DNA of 63,444 nucleotides, counting the filler, from Malacoraja senta (Eukaryota): the NCBI GenBank assembly GCA_038087875.1. It is 3 parts of 3 records of this genome, joined end to end, with 100 filler letters (N's around TTAATTAATTAA, not from the genome) between each part and the next. Parts side by side here need not be neighbours in the genome. Positions count along the whole stretch, not along the records: positions 54,525 to 63,444 come from JAXLNO010002882.1; 2 more parts are not named here. One strand, 5' to 3'. The translations under genes and the position numbers were made by a program. Below the pieces are notes generated by a model. It worked only from the letters and a program-made list of their open reading frames with translations. It did no database searches and was not told the origin of the DNA. Numbering within the stretch: the first letter of the stretch is position 1; every line of letters starts with the position of its first letter. Of this stretch, positions 61,271 to 63,444 are shown in pieces.

Positions 61271-62805
61271 ACCCGCCCCTGAAATAACAAATGATAGAAA
61301 CCCGTAAGAACATTCCGGGTCAATGCAAATCTGTATTGCATTCGTATTGCATCGATCTAGCCAACGTTATCCTCATTTGAAATGTGTCCCTTACTTAGTA
61401 AAGAAAAGTCGCCCATCCCGGCCTGCAGCTGGTAGAACTGCACCCTCACAGCTCCCAGACGGGTTCAAATTCGACTTTCCGCATTGGCCGCCTGTGGAGT
61501 TTTTTCTTTGATCTTTTAACACCGTGTATTGTACCGGCAATTCTGGTTTGCCCCCATATCCCAAAGGCACACACGTGTGCGCGATAATTCGTCAATGTAG
61601 GCTGCCTACTGTGCATAGCGTAGTATCTGGGAAACCTGAGAGAGAAGTGAGTATAAAAGCTGGGTTAGTGTATGCTCGGGTGAGTGCTTGATGATGAGCA
61701 CGTCATCAGTGGGCCGAAAGACCTGTTCCCATGCTGGTCTTTCTGAGAGAAGGGTATCGACACGAAGCGTCACCCATTCCTTCTCTCCAGAGATGCCCCC
61801 TGTCCCGCTGAGTTACCCCAGCATTTCTTTCTTGTCTATCTTCGGTTTAAACCAGAATATGCAGTTTCTCCCCACACACTGCTCGTTGTGACTATGGATT
61901 TGTATTTACAACAGGATCTTGGGAGCGGTGGCTTTGTCGTGGAGGTCTCGATGTTTTGAAGGTTTTTGGGGCAGGATAGCAATATCTTGCGACCGTTCTC
62001 ATTGATCTAGTCGAGGCGTGCTACTGTGATACCAACCTAACAAAAATGTAGAGCAGTTAAAGCGCAGGACTGTGTAGGTGCTGAGGGCCCGGAATGATCT
62101 GAGATATTTTGCGGGATTTGGCAGTTCATCGCGTTGAGAGTGCTGCCTTGTGGAAGTAGAGAACAACCGGTGCTTTAACCGTGCTTATGCCGGGTTATCC
62201 GCTCCAAATGATGGGCACAGATAGAACACCAATTGGGGAACATCGATCAGTTACGTCACAGACGTCGAGGTTTGTGCCACGTGATCCGGGAAAGAAGCGC
62301 TGAGAATCGACGAAACGAAAGAGTGGCTTATAAATAAAACAGGCAAATGGAATTACTTCTTATTGAATATAAAACAGAGATAGATTTAGGGGCAATGAGA
62401 GAGGGAAATGATGAGAGCGAAGAATGAATGGCTTCCGATAATTGTAACTTGCCCCTACTGTGTAGGATAGTGCTAATGTACGGGGTGATCATTGGGCGGC
62501 GCGGACCTGATGGGCCGAAGGGCCTGTTTCCACGCCCTGTCACTAGAGTAAACTAATGTAAATTAAGTAGAAATTCACTCAGGAGGAGAGAGAGTGCGAG
62601 AGATTCGGCGCAGGTAATCCACTGTGATAGGCGCAAACGCAGTCCGTTGTGTGAGACCAGCCAATCAGATACCAGGGAAACGCCCCGTGGTCTCCCCCAA
62701 TCAACCCACCCCCTATGTTGTCCGTTTCCTCACACAAATGCGATCTGTGGCATGAACAGGTCGGAATCATTCGCCTTTTATACATCTGTTTCCTAAGAAC
62801 CGACC

Positions 62806-63245
62806 ATGCTGTGTCTGTGGTCGTTCCTGATAATATTTCTCGCGTTCCCAGGTGAGTCTCTGTTTAAAGAGCTATCGATTGGACAATAGTTTTTGATTCC
62901 CTTCCGGACTGATGGTGTATTTTATGCTTTGTTGTAGAAGCTCGTGGCGAGGATTCAGTATCCCAGGTACCGCCCGAGATGATGGTTGAAGAAGGACACA
63001 CCGTAACACTGAGCTGCAGTTTCCCTGCTACCTACAATAATTACGATGCCATTTGGTACGTCCAGTATCCGGGAGGCGCGCCCAGATATATACTGAAGAA
63101 ATTCAGCACCGGCAAAGGAGGCCGGTCACCCGATTTTACAGACCGCTTTTCAGCCTGTTTATCACAAAGCAAATAGGACGGTTCCTTTGAACATCTACGG
63201 TGTCCTGGTCTCCGACTCAGCTGTGTATCTTTGCGCCATGACGCC
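62806..63245 (+). pseudogene. TCR alpha/delta-type V segment 4 (leader 62806-62851, V exon 62938-63245), +1 frameshift at ~63155
   Basis: Leader MLCLWSFLIIFLAFP; IWYVQYPGGAPRYIL; removing one base restores FSAVYHKANRTVPLNI...DSAVYLCAMT. Could be an indel error. Confidence 0.88.
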
Positions 63246-63284
63246 CACATCGCTGCAGAGAAGCGGCAGCTCCGAACAAAACCC
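63246..63284 (+). other. 23-RSS of V4: CACATCG-23-ACAAAACCC
   Basis: Counted directly. Confidence 0.82.
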
Positions 63285-63306
63285 GTTCAGCAATTTCGGC
63301 AAACGG

Positions 63307-63320
63307 TCACCAGATGGCGC
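63307..63320 (+). promoter_or_regulatory. CTCF-binding motif TCACCAGATGGCGC, 22 bp after V4 nonamer
   Basis: CTCF core match at the same position. Confidence 0.75.
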
Positions 63321-63444
63321 ACTCACCCGTGTGCACAGAAGATAGCGAGAGGAAGATTTGATTTGTCTTATCTTATTTACGTTATTTCCTTTATCATGTT
63401 ATCTGTACATTGTGGATGGCTCGATTGTAATCATGTATTGTCTT

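Noticed and set aside
56301-63245. NAR-TCR, IgH-type V, D or J segments
   Set aside because: All four V genes have leaders, TCR-like frameworks and no octamer. I saw no VH/VNAR framework, FGxG/WGxG J motif or paired-RSS D segment in the window.

Overview
Vertebrate genomic DNA, almost certainly a cartilaginous fish (probably a skate or ray), judged from the IgW-type exons and the elasmobranch SINE/CR1/Penelope repeats. There are three blocks separated by two 100-nt gaps that carry an artificial TTAATTAATTAA spacer, so adjacency across them is unverified. Block 1 (1-28313) has 13 in-frame exons of a divergent PLCG2-like phospholipase C-gamma, from nSH2 to the start of C2. Block 2 (28414-54424) is the 3' part of an IgW-type heavy chain: a tandemly duplicated pair of CH exons, TM1 and a probable TM2. 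It also has a ~6.67 kb tandem duplication and CR1/L2 LINEs. Block 3 (54525-63444) has four TCR alpha/delta-type V segments with leaders and 23-RSS; one is intact and three are frameshifted. Main findings: (a) every V has a same-orientation CTCF motif 22-25 bp after its RSS nonamer, like mouse D-proximal VH genes; (b) the PLC-gamma may be a third ohnolog retained beside the TCR alpha/delta locus; (c) IgW lies next to TCR V genes and has an unusual C-exon structure; (d) short Penelope-derived units carry hammerhead-ribozyme cores, form fold-back pairs, and in one case are flanked by their own TSD. Family assignments come from recalled motifs; no database search was run.
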